Below are positions 13,322 to 27,293 of a DNA stretch of 64,000 nucleotides, piece after piece (position 1 is the first letter of the stretch; each line of letters opens with the position of its first letter). This stretch comes from Octopus vulgaris. Lineage: Eukaryota. The translations under genes and the position numbers were made by a program. Below the pieces are notes generated by a model. It was not told the DNA's origin and did not search any database. It saw nothing but the letters and a program-made list of their open reading frames with translations. The stretch covers positions 46,190,001 to 46,254,000 of the forward strand of contig OX597816.1 of NCBI GenBank assembly GCA_951406725.2, read 5' to 3'.

Positions 13322-13735
13322 TCTCAAGACGGTTACAATACCAGTGACTGTAGGAGCACTTGGAATGATCAAAAAAGGAACTGAAAATTATTTAAGAATG
13401 ATCCCTGGCTTATTACTATCCATACAGGAAATGCAACAGATTATATTAGTCAAACATATGGAGAAGAGCATCGTCACCGTGAATTTTCCTTTTTTGCCCT
13501 TTTATTTTCTTTGTTTAGTTCTATATTTTATATTTTTCCTTTTTCTTTCTGTTTTTCTTCCTCTTTTTTCTTTCATATGACTTTGTAAATGAGCAATCTT
13601 GTGTGATTACTTTAATGACCTACAAATGAATACAGTGCATTTCTCTGCCCTAGGTGTCAGGAAGGCACTTGGCAAGAAAAGGAAACAAAATTGAAAGATG
13701 ATAATGAAAGTGATAATAATAATAATAATGATAAT
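13322..13735 (+). mobile_element. R4/Dong-type retrotransposon extreme 3' end with (TAA)n
   Basis: ..TIPVTVGALGMIKKGTENYLRMIPGL.. and 3'UTR align with 25303-25960. Confidence 0.8.
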
Positions 13736-14971
13736 TAACTGAACCCATAACAAAACCAGGCAAAACAAAAAGTGGACGGATAGCCATAAATACTATAAAA
13801 TAGTTGATTTAGGAGTTACACACACATGCACTACTATGCAACACCCCTCCAAAAACATACAAGAATAAACTCATATTATAAATACCCAACAAAATGAACA
13901 GAACTCACAACGTGCCATAGAAGGCTGACACCCAACAGAAGAACACAACCTGCACTACACAAACAACACACAATATAAAAGCTAATACAACAGAAGACTC
14001 AAACAAAACCCCATAACAAAACATTCTTATACAATACAATATCCCCCCACCCCCCAAAATATGCAGCACACACCACCCCACAAGCACAAAGGTGCAACAA
14101 ATGATGCAATTGAAAGTGGCTTGAAATTTTCAGATGTCCAAAAATTATAGCAGTGATGACGATGGTGATGAACATTACCTTATCTCAGTTTATAAGAGAC
14201 AGGAGTTTCCGAAGAACTCTGGTTGTAACAGTGTACTGGACAATTTTTCAGCATAAATTACAAAAGAAATATAAATTATAATTAAGTTGAGTCACAGTTA
14301 CCAATTCTCTAAACACCTCTAAAACACATATATAACCAAGACCACGTGATTCTGACTCAGTGTTTGCTCACAAGTCATAGAGGATAGCTGCATCTTCTTG
14401 TAAATCTCACAGATGTAAATAAATTAGTATTTTTTTGACCTAGTGTTTTCAAAACTTTTATTTATCTATGCCAAAAATTAAGCATATTGAATATTGAATT
14501 CTTTAAAAATTTACTCAAAATGTATTATTTACCTGCATTTTGGTATAAATGAAAAATTAAAATTAGAAAATAGTTTTACTTTTTTTATTTTTGACTGAAG
14601 GAGTTAAGATCAGCTTCACTTGAGGAAGAGAGATAATCTCAAGAATCAAGTATTCTCCAAAACGGACATGCCATTAAGGTAAGGGACAGGTTTATTGTTT
14701 AGCGATAAGAGGGCAGTCATAGACACATGTTTCTTGCTCGATAGTCATTGTCAGCACAGTGGTTGTCTTACCTTATGTCCAAAGAACAAAAGACTTATAC
14801 AAGCCTAGAATAATAAAAGGTACTATTAGCCTTTGGCAGGATTTGAACACAGAGTTTAAAACAATGGAACTAAATACTACAAGGCATTTTGTCCAATGTC
14901 CTAACCATTCTAACACTCCACCACACTTGCCATAAAATTAAGATTACATTATGGCTTCTTTGCTGCTGTTG

Positions 14972-15002
<31 letters not shown>

Positions 15003-15012
15003 AACAACAACA

Positions 15013-15049
<37 letters not shown>

Positions 15050-15824
15050 TTGTTGCTGTTGCTGCTCTGCAAGTGAACCTGACCACCAACAGTCAGCTGA
15101 TAAGATTTTAAATGTTTTCCTCAGACCTTCTTTGAGACCTTCTAATATAATTTGTAAAGCTTTGTTACACTTGACAAATTTATTGATGAATGATTTATCT
15201 TCAGTTGAAAGAAAACATATGGATGAGATGGAGAGATTGCGAGATAGGATAAATTGAGGTTGTTGAAAAGCAAAAATCCATAGGAAATTATAATTTGAGA
15301 TATGTGTGTGTATGTGTGTTTGTGTGTGTGCACACGCACGCATGTGCGTGTATGTATTTTTATATATATGTATGTATCTATGTTTATGCATGTATGTGTG
15401 TGTATGTGTAGGTGGGTGTGCATGTATATATTATGTGTATGTAGATCTATATGTATAAGACAGAGTTTGTGTGTGTGTGTATGTGTGCATATGTTTCTCA
15501 TGGATTCAAAAACTGAGTTGCCAATTTTGACGTATGAGGTATCAAAAAATTCAGTAATCTTTCAGCCACCAAATAAAGTATGAGTTTTGCACAAAAACTC
15601 TTTTTTAACTATAAAAATAACATCAAAAATGAAGTCAGATCGCATAATTTAGAGATCTTTAGTCAAAGGAGACAACTCTGCCTGAACAACTTTTATGTCT
15701 GAGATAGAGCATAATGAGAAAATGTTTAAAATACATGGAGTTTACCAGGAAATGAAACTTTGAACATATACCGTCAACTTTATTAGTACCTGTATTTTGT
15801 TTAGCCCAGAGTTGTCTCTGTTGT

Positions 15825-15990
15825 AGCCCTTCCTAACGCCAACCACTCTGAGAGTGTAGTGGGTGATTTTACGTGCCACCAGCACAAGAGCCAGTCAGGT
15901 GGTACTGACAGCAGCCATGCTCAAATGGTGCTTTTTATGTGCCACCTGCACAGGAGTCAGTCCAGTGGCACTGGCAATGACCTTGGCACA
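15825..15990 (-). mobile_element. RTE 3'UTR fragment
   Basis: cccttcctaacgccaaccactctgagagtgtagtgggtgattt matches 37418-37460. Confidence 0.75.
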
Positions 15991-16452
15991 AAATCTCTTT
16001 TCTAATCGAGGTAAGAATACAGTCTTCATTAGCATTGTGGTGAAAAACTTCTTGAAACGAAGTTCTTTGAAGTATAAACTTTTTCTGAGACAAACGTAAT
16101 TGTCTCCATTTGAAGAGTTCCAAAATGGTCATTTTATGTACATTTTTCATTCTCTAGTCAGCATGTGGGAAAGCCCATGTTTCCAACACAAATTTTATCT
16201 CAAGGGAGCACCAACAAAATACTTCCCTTTGTGAATTTAAGAGAACTCCCAGATTAAATGAATTTTCAGGATCCTTGTCCTCTCTGTCAAGCAAAGTTTG
16301 CATTACCTGCTTCCATTGAGGTATGGTCTAGGCTGTTCCAGGGGCTTCTATTTAGTTGTGTATGGCATTCTCTCTTCTTTTCAACACCATATTAGTCAGC
16401 TGAAGACATAATGTTGCCTCTCTCTGGAATCCTAAAAGAGGAGCTGTAGTTT

Positions 16453-16501
<49 letters not shown>

Positions 16502-16507
16502 GCATTT

Positions 16508-17815
16508 ACTAGCTGTTGGACCCGGCATTGCTCATGTTTTCTGTGTTGAAGTTAAGCCCACCTCTGACCTTGTATTGAAATCTTCTATGTTTCCTTTACC
16601 AAGTACTACCCATGAAGATGTTATATCCGGTTTGGCAGGGATTTTACCCGGTTAATGCTTTTGACATACTCCTACATACTGGACCGCCTGAAATTGAAGT
16701 CAAATTTTTGGATGTATCTCAGCCCGTTGAGTAATGGTTGTTTATTTCTCTCCCCTTAATGCCACCCTCCATACAAAATTGATCAGCATGTCCAATCTCA
16801 GCAAAATCTGAAGAAAAGTGTTAAGGTTATGTCATAAAATAAAATCCATGCCACCATTTACATGGAAATATCCCACTGACTTTTAAACTACGATATGAAC
16901 AATTGATGTTTCATATGTCGAAATGTTTAATTTTACTCATGGGTCAATTTTCCTCAAAATCAGTTCATTATTTTATTATCAGTGGATTTTGATGATTTCT
17001 GCCTTTCACCAGTTTAATTTCAATCCTACTACACGACTCTGACCATAAACTTTACCTACATGTCAAATTTCAACAAAATTGAATGAATTCTGTAAAAGTT
17101 ACAGCATCAAATTTTAATCCTATGGGTAATTGTATACAAAAAAGCCTATTAATTTCTTAAAATCTCCTGCTCACATGCAATTATCGATTTTTTTATCAAC
17201 TCTTCATGCTGGCATCAACTAATGGACATGAACTGTAATCACATGTAAAATTTCTACGAAACCGAGAAGAATGTCTCTAAGGAAATGCTTATTTACATTT
17301 GTGCCCTTTTGAATTAAATAAACCTTTACCATCTCCCCCACCACAAAATTTACCTACATCTCAAATTTCATTAAAATTGGATAAAAAATATAAAAGCTAC
17401 GGCCAAAAATATAATCCCTTTGGATACTTGCATGCAAAAAAAATCCTATTGATTTTATAAAACCACTGCTCAGGCGCAATTATTGATTTTTTGTCAATGC
17501 CATATACTCACATCAACTCACTGCCATGAGCCGTGCTCACTCATTAATTTTCATCAAAATCAGACAAAAAATGCAAAAGCTGCAGGAAAAATAACATCGT
17601 TATGGGAATTTCCATTCAAACGCCTGATTGAGCTCACAAAAATCGATGCCAACTGAGCATTATCAAGTTTTCGAAAACTTCTGGCCTTATTTGAACTGCA
17701 GGACATGTAATCTACCTATGTGCAAAAAACCATTAAAATCGGTTGGACGGTGTGGAAGGAGTTAGAGTAACTCCAAACACACACACACACACATGGACAC
17801 CATTACACAGTTATG
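16508..17815 (+). mobile_element. Non-autonomous Helitron/Helentron-like element with internal degenerate subrepeats
   Basis: Starts actagctg..acccggc; recurring tacctacat.tcaaatttc..aaaattg units; ends aaaatcggttgg..ggagttag..(CA)n, the usual HINE/DINE-like layout. Confidence 0.55.
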
Positions 17816-18495
17816 TATATGTATGTATGTAATTATTCAGTTTATTTCAAGATTTCTTGCCAATAGAGAAGGAACCAGCTTCTAACTTAGATCCAAGGCT
17901 CCTTCATTTCAACATCAACAACAGGGTATTTTTGTTTGTTTGCGTATGTATGTATGTATGTGTGTATGTATGTATGTATGTATGAATGTATGTATGCATG
18001 CATGCATGCATTGCATGTATGTGCAGATTTGTGTGTTTTATGTATATGAATTAACAATGAAAATAGATACCCATTTTTTTACATCTGCATAAGGATTATT
18101 TGGTGCCTATAAAGGGGTGGGTTAGGGTTAGTATATGAATATACATTGATATATGCACACACACACACACATTGCCATTATCGGCAATTTTTCTTTTATG
18201 CCTGAGACTTTCAATTTCTTCCTGACTGAATGGTTCCTTCATGTTGATAGTGTTGATGACTAAGATAGTCAAAACTCAAGAAAATGACGAGGAAGAGTTA
18301 ACAGAGGATGTGGTTGTTATTGCTACATCTTGTGTCCTTGACATTTGTCTTCAATTTTTGTTCTGTCTTTTGACTTCAAGTAGGTCAGTTCCAGTTATGA
18401 TGGAAAGAGTATTGTAACTTTTCATGTTTTAGTCTCAAATCCAGTAATTTTGAAGACAGATTTTTAACTGGTCTTTGTAATGATAAGAAGGACAT

Positions 18496-18703
18496 ACTCT
18501 TTTACTCTTTTACTTGCTTCAGTCATTTGACTGTGGCCATGCTGGAACATCGCCTTTAGTCGAGCAAATCGACCCCAGGACTTATTCTTTGTAAGCCTAG
18601 TACTTATTCTATCGGTGTCTTTTGCTGAACTGCTAAGTTAAGAGGACGTAAACGCACCAGCATCAGTTGTCAAGCAATGTTGGGGGGACAAACAGACACA
18701 CAA

Positions 18704-18752
<49 letters not shown>

Positions 18753-18763
18753 TGCATACATAC

Positions 18764-18828
<65 letters not shown>

Positions 18829-19002
18829 TATACATATATACGACGGGCTTATTTCAGTTCCCGTCTACCAAATCCACTCACAAGGCTTTGGTCGGCCCGA
18901 GGCTATAGTAGAAGACACTTGCCAAGGTGCCACGCAGTGGGACTGAACCCGGAACCATGTGGTTGGTAAGCAAGCTACTAACCACACTGCTACTCCTATG
19001 CC
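18496..19002 (-). mobile_element. SINE family A, full length
   Basis: Reverse complement of the family A consensus with expanded internal microsatellite. Confidence 0.9.
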
Positions 19003-19029
19003 TATCATTGTGATTGCTTTGCTTTGGTT

Positions 19030-20340
19030 AATTCTCTGAAGAAGATCTGATGAGGATATCTTTCTTCTTTAATTCTAAATACATCCAAACCATCATAGAC
19101 TGTGTTTCATTATCGTTGGTTAGCTGTCATTTTGAATACTGATTTTTAACTGTTCTTTGTAATAACAGACAGGACATCTTCATAGTCTTTTCCCTGTGGT
19201 CAATTCCCTGAAGAGTGTTTGGTGAGGAAATCTTTCTTTTTTTCATTCTAAATGCATGTTCTAACTAACATATCCAGTGTTTCAATACAGTTGATTCTGT
19301 TATTTCATCATGACTTCATTATGGCTTCGACATTGGCTTTTTCTAGAAATTTGTTGTTGGTTATATAATTCTCCTATATGATAATTAACATAGTACAGCG
19401 CATTTGTTGATGGGAATTCTCCAGTTTTTTTATGCTCTATTTCAAGACAAAATAATAATGCTGAGATGACAACACCTTGACAGACCATTAGTTTTGTTTT
19501 AGGTGTAGGAGTGGCTGTGTTGTAAGTAGCTTGCTTACCAACCACATGGTTCCAGGTTCAATCCCACTGCGTGGCACCTTGGGCAAGTGTCTTTTACTAT
19601 AGCCTAGGGCCGACCAAAGCCTTGTGAGTGGATTTGGTAGACGGAAACTGAAAGAAGCCTGTCATATATATGTATATATATGTGTATGTATGTGTGGTGT
19701 GTATACGTTTGTGTGTCTGTGCTCCCCCCTCCCCCGGCCGGCCAACATTGCTTGACAACCGATGCTGGTGTGTTTACGTCCCCGTAACTTAGCGGTTCGG
19801 CAAAAGAGACCGATAGAATAAGTACTAGGCTTACAAAGAATAAGTGCTGGAGTCTATTTGCTCGACTAAAGGTGGTGCTCCAGCATGGCCGCAGTCAAAT
19901 TACTGAAACAAGTAAAAGAGTTAAATGTGCTGTTGTTAGTGATTCTCTTAGCCAGTTTTCCAAATATGAAAAAGGGGCTGATCTAATTCTGTGTTCCATA
20001 TCCTTTTCTCAAGTACATATGTAGGAAAAAAATATTTCAGAAATGTGGAATGTGATCAGCTTGTTCAAAAGATGTATCAGAGATGGTGTTGAAATTAGGG
20101 TAGGTTGGCCTTTGGTGCAGGGTTGTTAAGGACTTTGGTAAGGACTTCTTGATATTCACTGTAAAGGGCCAAAGTAATCATATGCATTTGTGAAGTTGTT
20201 GACTGTTTCCTGAGGTTTCTAGTGTGTGTGTGACAGAGAGTAGCGTTGTTATATTGTTATCTGAAAATTGAAATTTGGAGGTGTTTTGTATATCAGTATG
20301 TAAATAATCCTGTATCAAAACAGTATCTGATATCAACACC
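19030..20340 (-). pseudogene. Highly decayed RTE ORF2 remnant interrupted by a SINE
   Basis: Minus-strand KTKLMVCQGVVISALLFCLE and YKEQLK-like motifs; a partial duplicate lies at about 18380-18495. Confidence 0.5.
19502..19920 (+). mobile_element. SINE family A, full length
   Basis: Matches the consensus throughout. Confidence 0.9.
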
Positions 20341-20410
20341 TGTACATATATGTGTATATATATATATATAAAAGTTTTTGTGCATCTTGATGCTGACATA
20401 AGTTCTTTGC

Positions 20411-20493
20411 TTTTCCTGATGAGAAGGCGGCATAATGCAGCCCTTACTTCTTTGAAATTAGGAATATGCAGCCTTCGAAATATATGTCGAAAA
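20411..20493 (+). ncRNA. Type I hammerhead ribozyme motif
   Basis: ttttc-CTGATGA-gaaggcggcata/tatgcagccttc-GAAA-tatatg-TC-gaaaa; stem I 5 bp, stem II 11 of 12 pairs, GUC triplet. Confidence 0.8.
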
Positions 20494-20546
20494 TAAAATA
20501 AAGGAATTTTGTTAATTCGCCGTTCAACTTCATTCTTTCATTTATT

Positions 20547-20634
<88 letters not shown>

Positions 20635-20655
20635 CATGCATACACACACATATAC

Positions 20656-20691
<36 letters not shown>

Positions 20692-21001
20692 ATATTTCTC
20701 TCTCTCTATATATATATATATATACTCACACACACACACATATATGTATATATGTAAAAACACACACCCACACACACGTGTGCACATACATATATGAATG
20801 AGAGAGGTGAGGTGGTGAGAGCAAAAGTGTAGAGGAGATAAAATGAGAAAGGAGAAAAAGAACTCAAACCAGTTCAAGCAGATGCCTATAGATTGATTTA
20901 TGTCAACAACTATGTTGGTTCCAGACATTTGCCTGATGTTGTGTGTATGGGTGCATAGTAGTCACCTCTTCTGCTTGAAGACAAATACATTCAGCAACGT
21001 C

Positions 21002-21041
<40 letters not shown>

Positions 21042-21049
21042 TAATTAAT

Positions 21050-21390
21050 TCTTTTTATTGGCCACAAGGGCTGACAAACATGATTGGAAAACATAAAGGG
21101 ACAAAATAGGACGAATGGTTACAAAAGGTTTTGTCCGTTTGTGAAAAAAAAAACGAGTAAAAAGCAGTTTAACAATCAAAAATTTTAACAACGAAAAACT
21201 CCCAATAGAGGAGACGCTTCGAAAAAAAGAAAAGGTCTCACGTGGAAAAATCCATAAAAGCCACGGGAGCCTGGTCAAAAGCGGGCTAGAGAGCCCCTTT
21301 CTCCTTTTATAATACCTTTTTCAATTACAGGCGAAACTTCAGAATTGGTCCATTTATACTAGCCATTCTTGCATAATTCACCCACCTTTC
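21050..21390 (-). mobile_element. Possible L1/Tx1-like 3' end
   Basis: Minus-strand ..ERWVNYARMASINGPILK.. then T-rich UTR and aataaaag abutting (TTA)n; terminus repeated at 21421-21445. Confidence 0.35.
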
Positions 21391-22939
21391 ATAATAATAA
21401 TAGCAACAATAATAATAAAGCTTTCTTTATTAGCCACAAGGGCTTAAAAAGATACAAGAAATACAAATCTTTCACTAGGAAAATGAAAAGATAAAGTGGA
21501 ATGTGAAAAAACAAGTATACAAATATGAAAGGAAGAGATCAGAGATGTACAATATATTGATGGATGCATTGTGAATTTTAAAGGTATACATATATGCACA
21601 CATGCACACACACACTTGTGTGTGTGTATAAATAAGTGCACTCATGTATACACATACATATATATACACTCACATACATTTTCACTGAAATAGGTTTAAA
21701 GATTACAACAAAGATCATAATCATTAAAACAAGATATGATTATCGGAAATAAAACTCAAAAAATTTCTGGTTAGGTTGATTTAGGGCACTCCATGATCCT
21801 CTTAACCATTTCTCAAACTGTGTTTGACTGCACCCAAATGCACCACTAAGTATTTTTGAGACAATGTTGAAAATCATCTTGTGAGTGTTCCCTTTCAAAT
21901 TCGATGTAAGGTGTTAGTTTTAATTTTACTAATAATCTGTCTTTTGCATGTTGTTTATATTCTGAACTTGACTTTTTGTGTCATTCTAACTGCTTCAAAA
22001 GTCCATGGCTCAAGAGATGCATAATCTTCTCTATTAACTTTTTATTTGTTTTTTTGATGAATGATCAATCTTAGTTCTTCATCATTCTTTCACATTCTTC
22101 TTTATTTTCCTGAGAAGGGATTTCATTGTCATTTAGAAGAAATTGTTCCTTCTTAGCTATTTTCTTTGTTTATGTTGTCTTATTTTTTAAATTTTTACCT
22201 TTGTATATTCCCCAAATGTTGTATATTCCTCATATGTAATTATTATTTCTTCTTCATTAAATTGTCAAGCTGGTAGAATCATTACCAAGCTGAACAAAAT
22301 GCTTAGTGGCATTTCTTCCAGCTCTTTAAGTACTGAGTTTAAATACTGCCTTTCATTCTTTCAGGATCAATAAAGTAAATGCCGGGTGAATACTGAGATC
22401 ATTTTAATTGACTTCCCACTCGCCTCACAATGAATGGCCTTGTGCCAAAATTAGAAACAATTATTTCTTCTTCATCACATGATGAAGGTATGGAACTACA
22501 AGTTGTTAAGGATGAGGTATTTGTTCATTTATTTGAGACAAAAGGCATAAAGTTATTTCATTTGTCATCATCAAAGTTATGGATGGAGGTGTTCTGCACA
22601 CTGGGGTCTGTTATTCTTTTTGATGTTGCTTACTTTTTTTATTTTTCATTTGACTTATTTTTACTTAATTTTTTCCCCTTCTGGGCATTCAACTCTAAGA
22701 TGAGTTAGTCTGACAAATGTAACAAGTAGGCTTTCTATCCTGTGTCTTCCATCAGGCACAGTTTCTAAGTATCACAATGACATTTTGATATATCCTGACC
22801 TTGCAATAATCCTGCTTTGATCATTTTCTCAATGCTAACAATGGATCTGCATTGTTCTCAATGTCTCTTACTGTGATTTCTTTGACCCATAAACTGGGAC
22901 ACAAATGTGTAGTCAGAGGTATGTCTTATGATTTCAGCT

Positions 22940-23286
22940 TCATCATCATCATCGGTTAACGTCTGTTTACCGTGCTAGCACGGGTTGGACGGTTCGACCG
23001 GGGTCTGGGAAGCCAGGAGGCTGCATCAAGCTCCAGTCTGATCTGGCAGTGTTTCTACAGCTGGATGCACTTCCTAACGCCAACCACTCCGTGAGTGTAG
23101 TGGGTGCTTTTTACGTGCCACCGGCACAAGTGCCAGGGGAGTCTGGCAGCGGCCACGATCAGTTGGTGCTTTTTACGTGCCACCGGCACAGAAGCCAGTC
23201 AAGGCAGCACTGGCATCGGCCACGTTCGGATGGTGCTTTTTACGTGCTACCGGCACAGAAGCCAGTTAAGGCGGCGCTGGCATCGT
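22940..23286 (-). mobile_element. RTE 3'UTR remnant with (GAT)n tail
   Basis: Aligns with 37292-37620 including gtgccaccggcaca subrepeats. Confidence 0.85.
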
Positions 23287-24310
23287 GATTTGATTATGTC
23301 TTCAGATTTAAAGATATAGCTGATGGAGCCATAGTTTTCGTCTTTTTCTACTGAAAGAACTTTTCCTAATATATCCTGAAGAACCTGTTGTCCTACTTCG
23401 GGTGAAGCAAAATTTTGTCTACCTCCACTGTTTTTATGAACAGAGATGTCCTGTCCTGGATTATACCCTGCGCATAGAAATACTGTTAGTTTTACAAAAT
23501 ACTTTTACCAATGTTGTTAGATTCAAAAATTCTGTATGTTCATTTTGTATTGAAAGGTTTGCTTTCACACAACTGCTGTATGAACAGACAGTAGTATCTG
23601 AAATCAGATAAGGTTACTTCAACTATTATTGTTGTTACTACTGTTAACTCTCTTCCAAATAATTTATTCGAGTATTTAGGCTATTTTCACCTATTAACTG
23701 TTTGACACACTTTTAATTTTCTCCTTCCTCTTATATATTCAGTTGTGAGTTTTAATTTTGTGTTGATTTTCTTTCTTTTCCCATTGTAGTCTTTAGTCTT
23801 GTAATATGATTATGTGTAGTAGCCATTTTGGGATGTGAAGATGTGATGTGTAGAAATAAAATTTGAAAAGTTTGTGTTACACACTTCTTTATTTTTTTCT
23901 TTTTGCCTACTCCTGGATATTGAGAGCAGCTTTTCCTTAGGCAATTATTGTTGTTTTTATAATTATCCAAAAGAAAATTTCATTTGATAATCCTTGAATA
24001 AAGTGTATTTTGATAGAGAAAACAAAGCCATCACTGTATGAGAATCAAATATGATAATAATAATGGTTTCAAATTTTGGCACAGGGCTAGAAGGTCTGGG
24101 AGAGGGGCTAAGTCTATAACATTGCCCTCAGTGTTCAACTGGTACTTATTTCATTAACCCCCCAAAAGATGAAAGGCAAAGTTGACCTTGGTGGAATTTG
24201 AATGTAAGGATGGATGAAATGCCGCAAAGCATTTTGTCTGGCATGCTAATGATTCCACCAGTTCACTGCCTTAAATATGATATTAATGATAATGAGAATA
24301 ATGATAATGA

Positions 24311-24548
<238 letters not shown>

Positions 24549-25935
24549 ATGCTTCATTCTGTTATGAAGGAGAGCAAAAAAATTTTAAGTCACTTTATGC
24601 TTAATACCCAGGTTGAACAGGATGTGGGAAGTGCTGCAACTGTAGATGCAAAGAAGGTGAAATCAATAGTAAGGCAAAATGTGCTTGAACAATTGGCTGA
24701 TAGATGAGAACAAAAATCTCTGCATGGCAAATATGTGGCTTGTAGCAAACACGCAGATGTAGACCAGAAGCACACCCATCAGTGGCCACCGAGCTCAGGG
24801 CTAAAGGCAGAGAGTGAAGGCTTTATCTTGGCTGCCCAAGATCAAAACTTATTAACTCGGAAACTATCGAGCCAATGTGATATAAAATGGTGTGGACCAA
24901 TAGTGCTGATACTGCTACAATGGGATAGAAACAGTTGACTACCTAATCTCTGAATGTAAGTTTTTAGCACCTCTAGAGTACAAATCAAGACATGACAGAG
25001 TTGACTAATATCTACATTGGATAATGTGTTGGCATTATAAAATCGAAACTGCTGACAATTGGTACAAGCACCACCCTGAGGCTGTAACTGAGGGAGAAAA
25101 TGTAACTATTCTTTGGGACTTGCCAGTATGTACAGACTAGACCATCAAGGCAAATAAACCAGATATTGTTGTGAAAGACAAAAGCAATAAAGTCTGTTTA
25201 TTGATTGACATGAGCATACCCTGTGACCATAATATCTCAGCAAAAGAGTTTGATAAGCTCAGAAAATATAAAGATTTGCTAATTGAAATCGCAAAGATGT
25301 GGCATCTCAAGACAGTTGCAATTCCAGTGATTGTAGGAGTACTTGGAATGATCAAAAAAAGAACTGAAAATTATTTAAGAATGATCCCTGGCTTATTACC
25401 ATCTATGCAGGAAGTGCAAAAGAGTGTCTTAACTGGTATGTCACATGTATTGTTGCTGTGAATTTTCTTTCCTTTACCCCAAACTTTATTTTATTTGTTT
25501 ACTTTCCTATTTCTATTTTTCCCCTTTTTCTCTATCACATGACTCTGTAAATGAACAATCTGGCGTGTTTGTTTTAATGGCCTACCGATGTATACAGTAC
25601 GTTTCACTGTCCTAGGTGTCACGAAGACATCCAGCAAGTAAAGGATGTGGTGTATGCGAGAGATTCAAAATAAAGGCACCTACCTTCTCTTCGCTCAGAC
25701 GGAGACCCTTCAGCGGTAATGGATCCTTCAACACAGCCCGACCCGAACACTAGAAATAGCAGCTGCTTCTCCCCTACCTTAACAACGTACTCACGCGTCT
25801 TACTCCCTCGGCAACCTCGATCAAAAATGGCTGAATCCACCCTGCCTGCGCACGCGTCACTCCTGCCCCTTCCAGTCAGCTCCCCGGCTGCTGATGTCAT
25901 CCCACAATGGAAACAGAATTGAAGATGCTAATGAA

Positions 25936-25975
<40 letters not shown>
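24549..25975 (+). pseudogene. 5'-truncated R4/Dong-clade non-LTR retrotransposon (zinc-knuckle region plus restriction-like endonuclease)
   Basis: LHGKY, GLKAESEGFILAAQDQ, RHDRV, TILWD, ANKPDIVV, LIDMSIP, KYKDL, IPVIVGVLG; stops and frameshifts; (TAA)n tail. Confidence 0.85.
25646..25906. mobile_element. Solo LTR (261 bp), TG...CA termini, near-perfect 5-bp TSD
   Basis: tgtgg...ccaca flanked by aagga/atgga; absent from the paralogous empty site at about 13676-13695. Confidence 0.75.
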
Positions 25976-25977
<2 letters not shown>

Positions 25978-25979
25978 TA

Positions 25980-26700
25980 TTATTTCTAATTTAGGTACAA
26001 GGCCAGCAATTTGAAGGGGAAGGGTTTATTCGATATATCAACCCCAGTACTTGACAGGCTCCATATTTTATCAGCACATCCCAAAAATAAAAGGCAAAGT
26101 TGATCTTGGCAGTATTGGAACTCAGAATGTAAAGAACCCGAAGAAAATATCACATAGCATATTTTTCCAATAACCTAGCCTATCCATTACACTAACCCTA
26201 CAAGCATTTCTAATTCAGTCACAAGATTAGCAATTTGGGAGAGGGGCTTAGTTGATTATGTCAGTACCAGTACCTGACGAGTACTTTATTTGATCAGCTC
26301 TGAAAGGATGAAAGGCAAAAATCGACCTTGGCAGAACTTGAATTCAGAATGTAAAGATCAATGAAATGTCACAAAACATTTTGCATGGCAGGCTAATGAT
26401 TCTGCCTGCTCAACTTCAGAACAAATATTAGCTTCAAATTTTGGTACAGGGCCAGAAATTTTGGGGGATGGGTATAGTTGATCACATTGAACCCCAGTAT
26501 TCAACTTGAACTTATTTTATCGACCCTGAAAGCAGAAACAGCAAAGTTGGCCTTGGTGGAATTTGAACTCAGAACTTAAAGATGGACAAAAATGTCACTA
26601 AACATTTTGCATCCAGTGTGCTGACAATTCTGCCAGCTTCCTGCCAGAACAAATATTGCAAGGCATTTTGTTTGACACTTTAACAATTCTACCAATTTGC
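25980..26700 (-). mobile_element. Head-to-tail stack of three or more SINE family D copies
   Basis: acaaggccagcaattt..ccccagtac..aaaggcaaagttgaccttgg..gaactcagaa repeated at about 25980, 26205 and 26430; other copies at 22265, 24060 and 55420. Confidence 0.75.
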
Positions 26701-27059
26701 TTTAATAATGTGGTTTATATGCCACAAAGCTGATGGATGGCATTTCAAGGCTGAAGTATAAACATAAAGAGAACTTTTTTTAGAGAAACATCATCATCCT
26801 CATCATTTTAATATCACCCATGTCTGTGTTTACATGGGTTGGCTAGATTTATTGAAGCAAATTTTCCACAACCAGATGCCCTTCCTGTCACCAACCCTCA
26901 CTTGTTTTCAAGCAAGGTAATATCTCTCCAAGGCCAGACTTGTTTACACGGAAAATTAGAAATGAACGACATTGTTTGTATGGCAGTAACACTCACAACT
27001 ATCATGCAGTGTCAAGATGAGGAGACAAAAGCATACTTCCACATACACACATTCATGTA

Positions 27060-27100
<41 letters not shown>

Positions 27101-27171
27101 TCTTGTTTTGTACACCACCTGTCCTCATCTTTTGTTGTTTTTTCATAAATTCTCCCTATATATGTATATGA

Positions 27172-27221
<50 letters not shown>

Positions 27222-27228
27222 ATATATG

Positions 27229-27293
<65 letters not shown>

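Noticed and set aside
14178-14236. Candidate minus-strand exon with AAG/GTAATG donor
   Set aside because: Stops in all three frames; no supporting neighbours
15081-15198. Possible coding exon (open on both strands)
   Set aside because: Weak splice sites and no recognisable homology; needs RNA-seq
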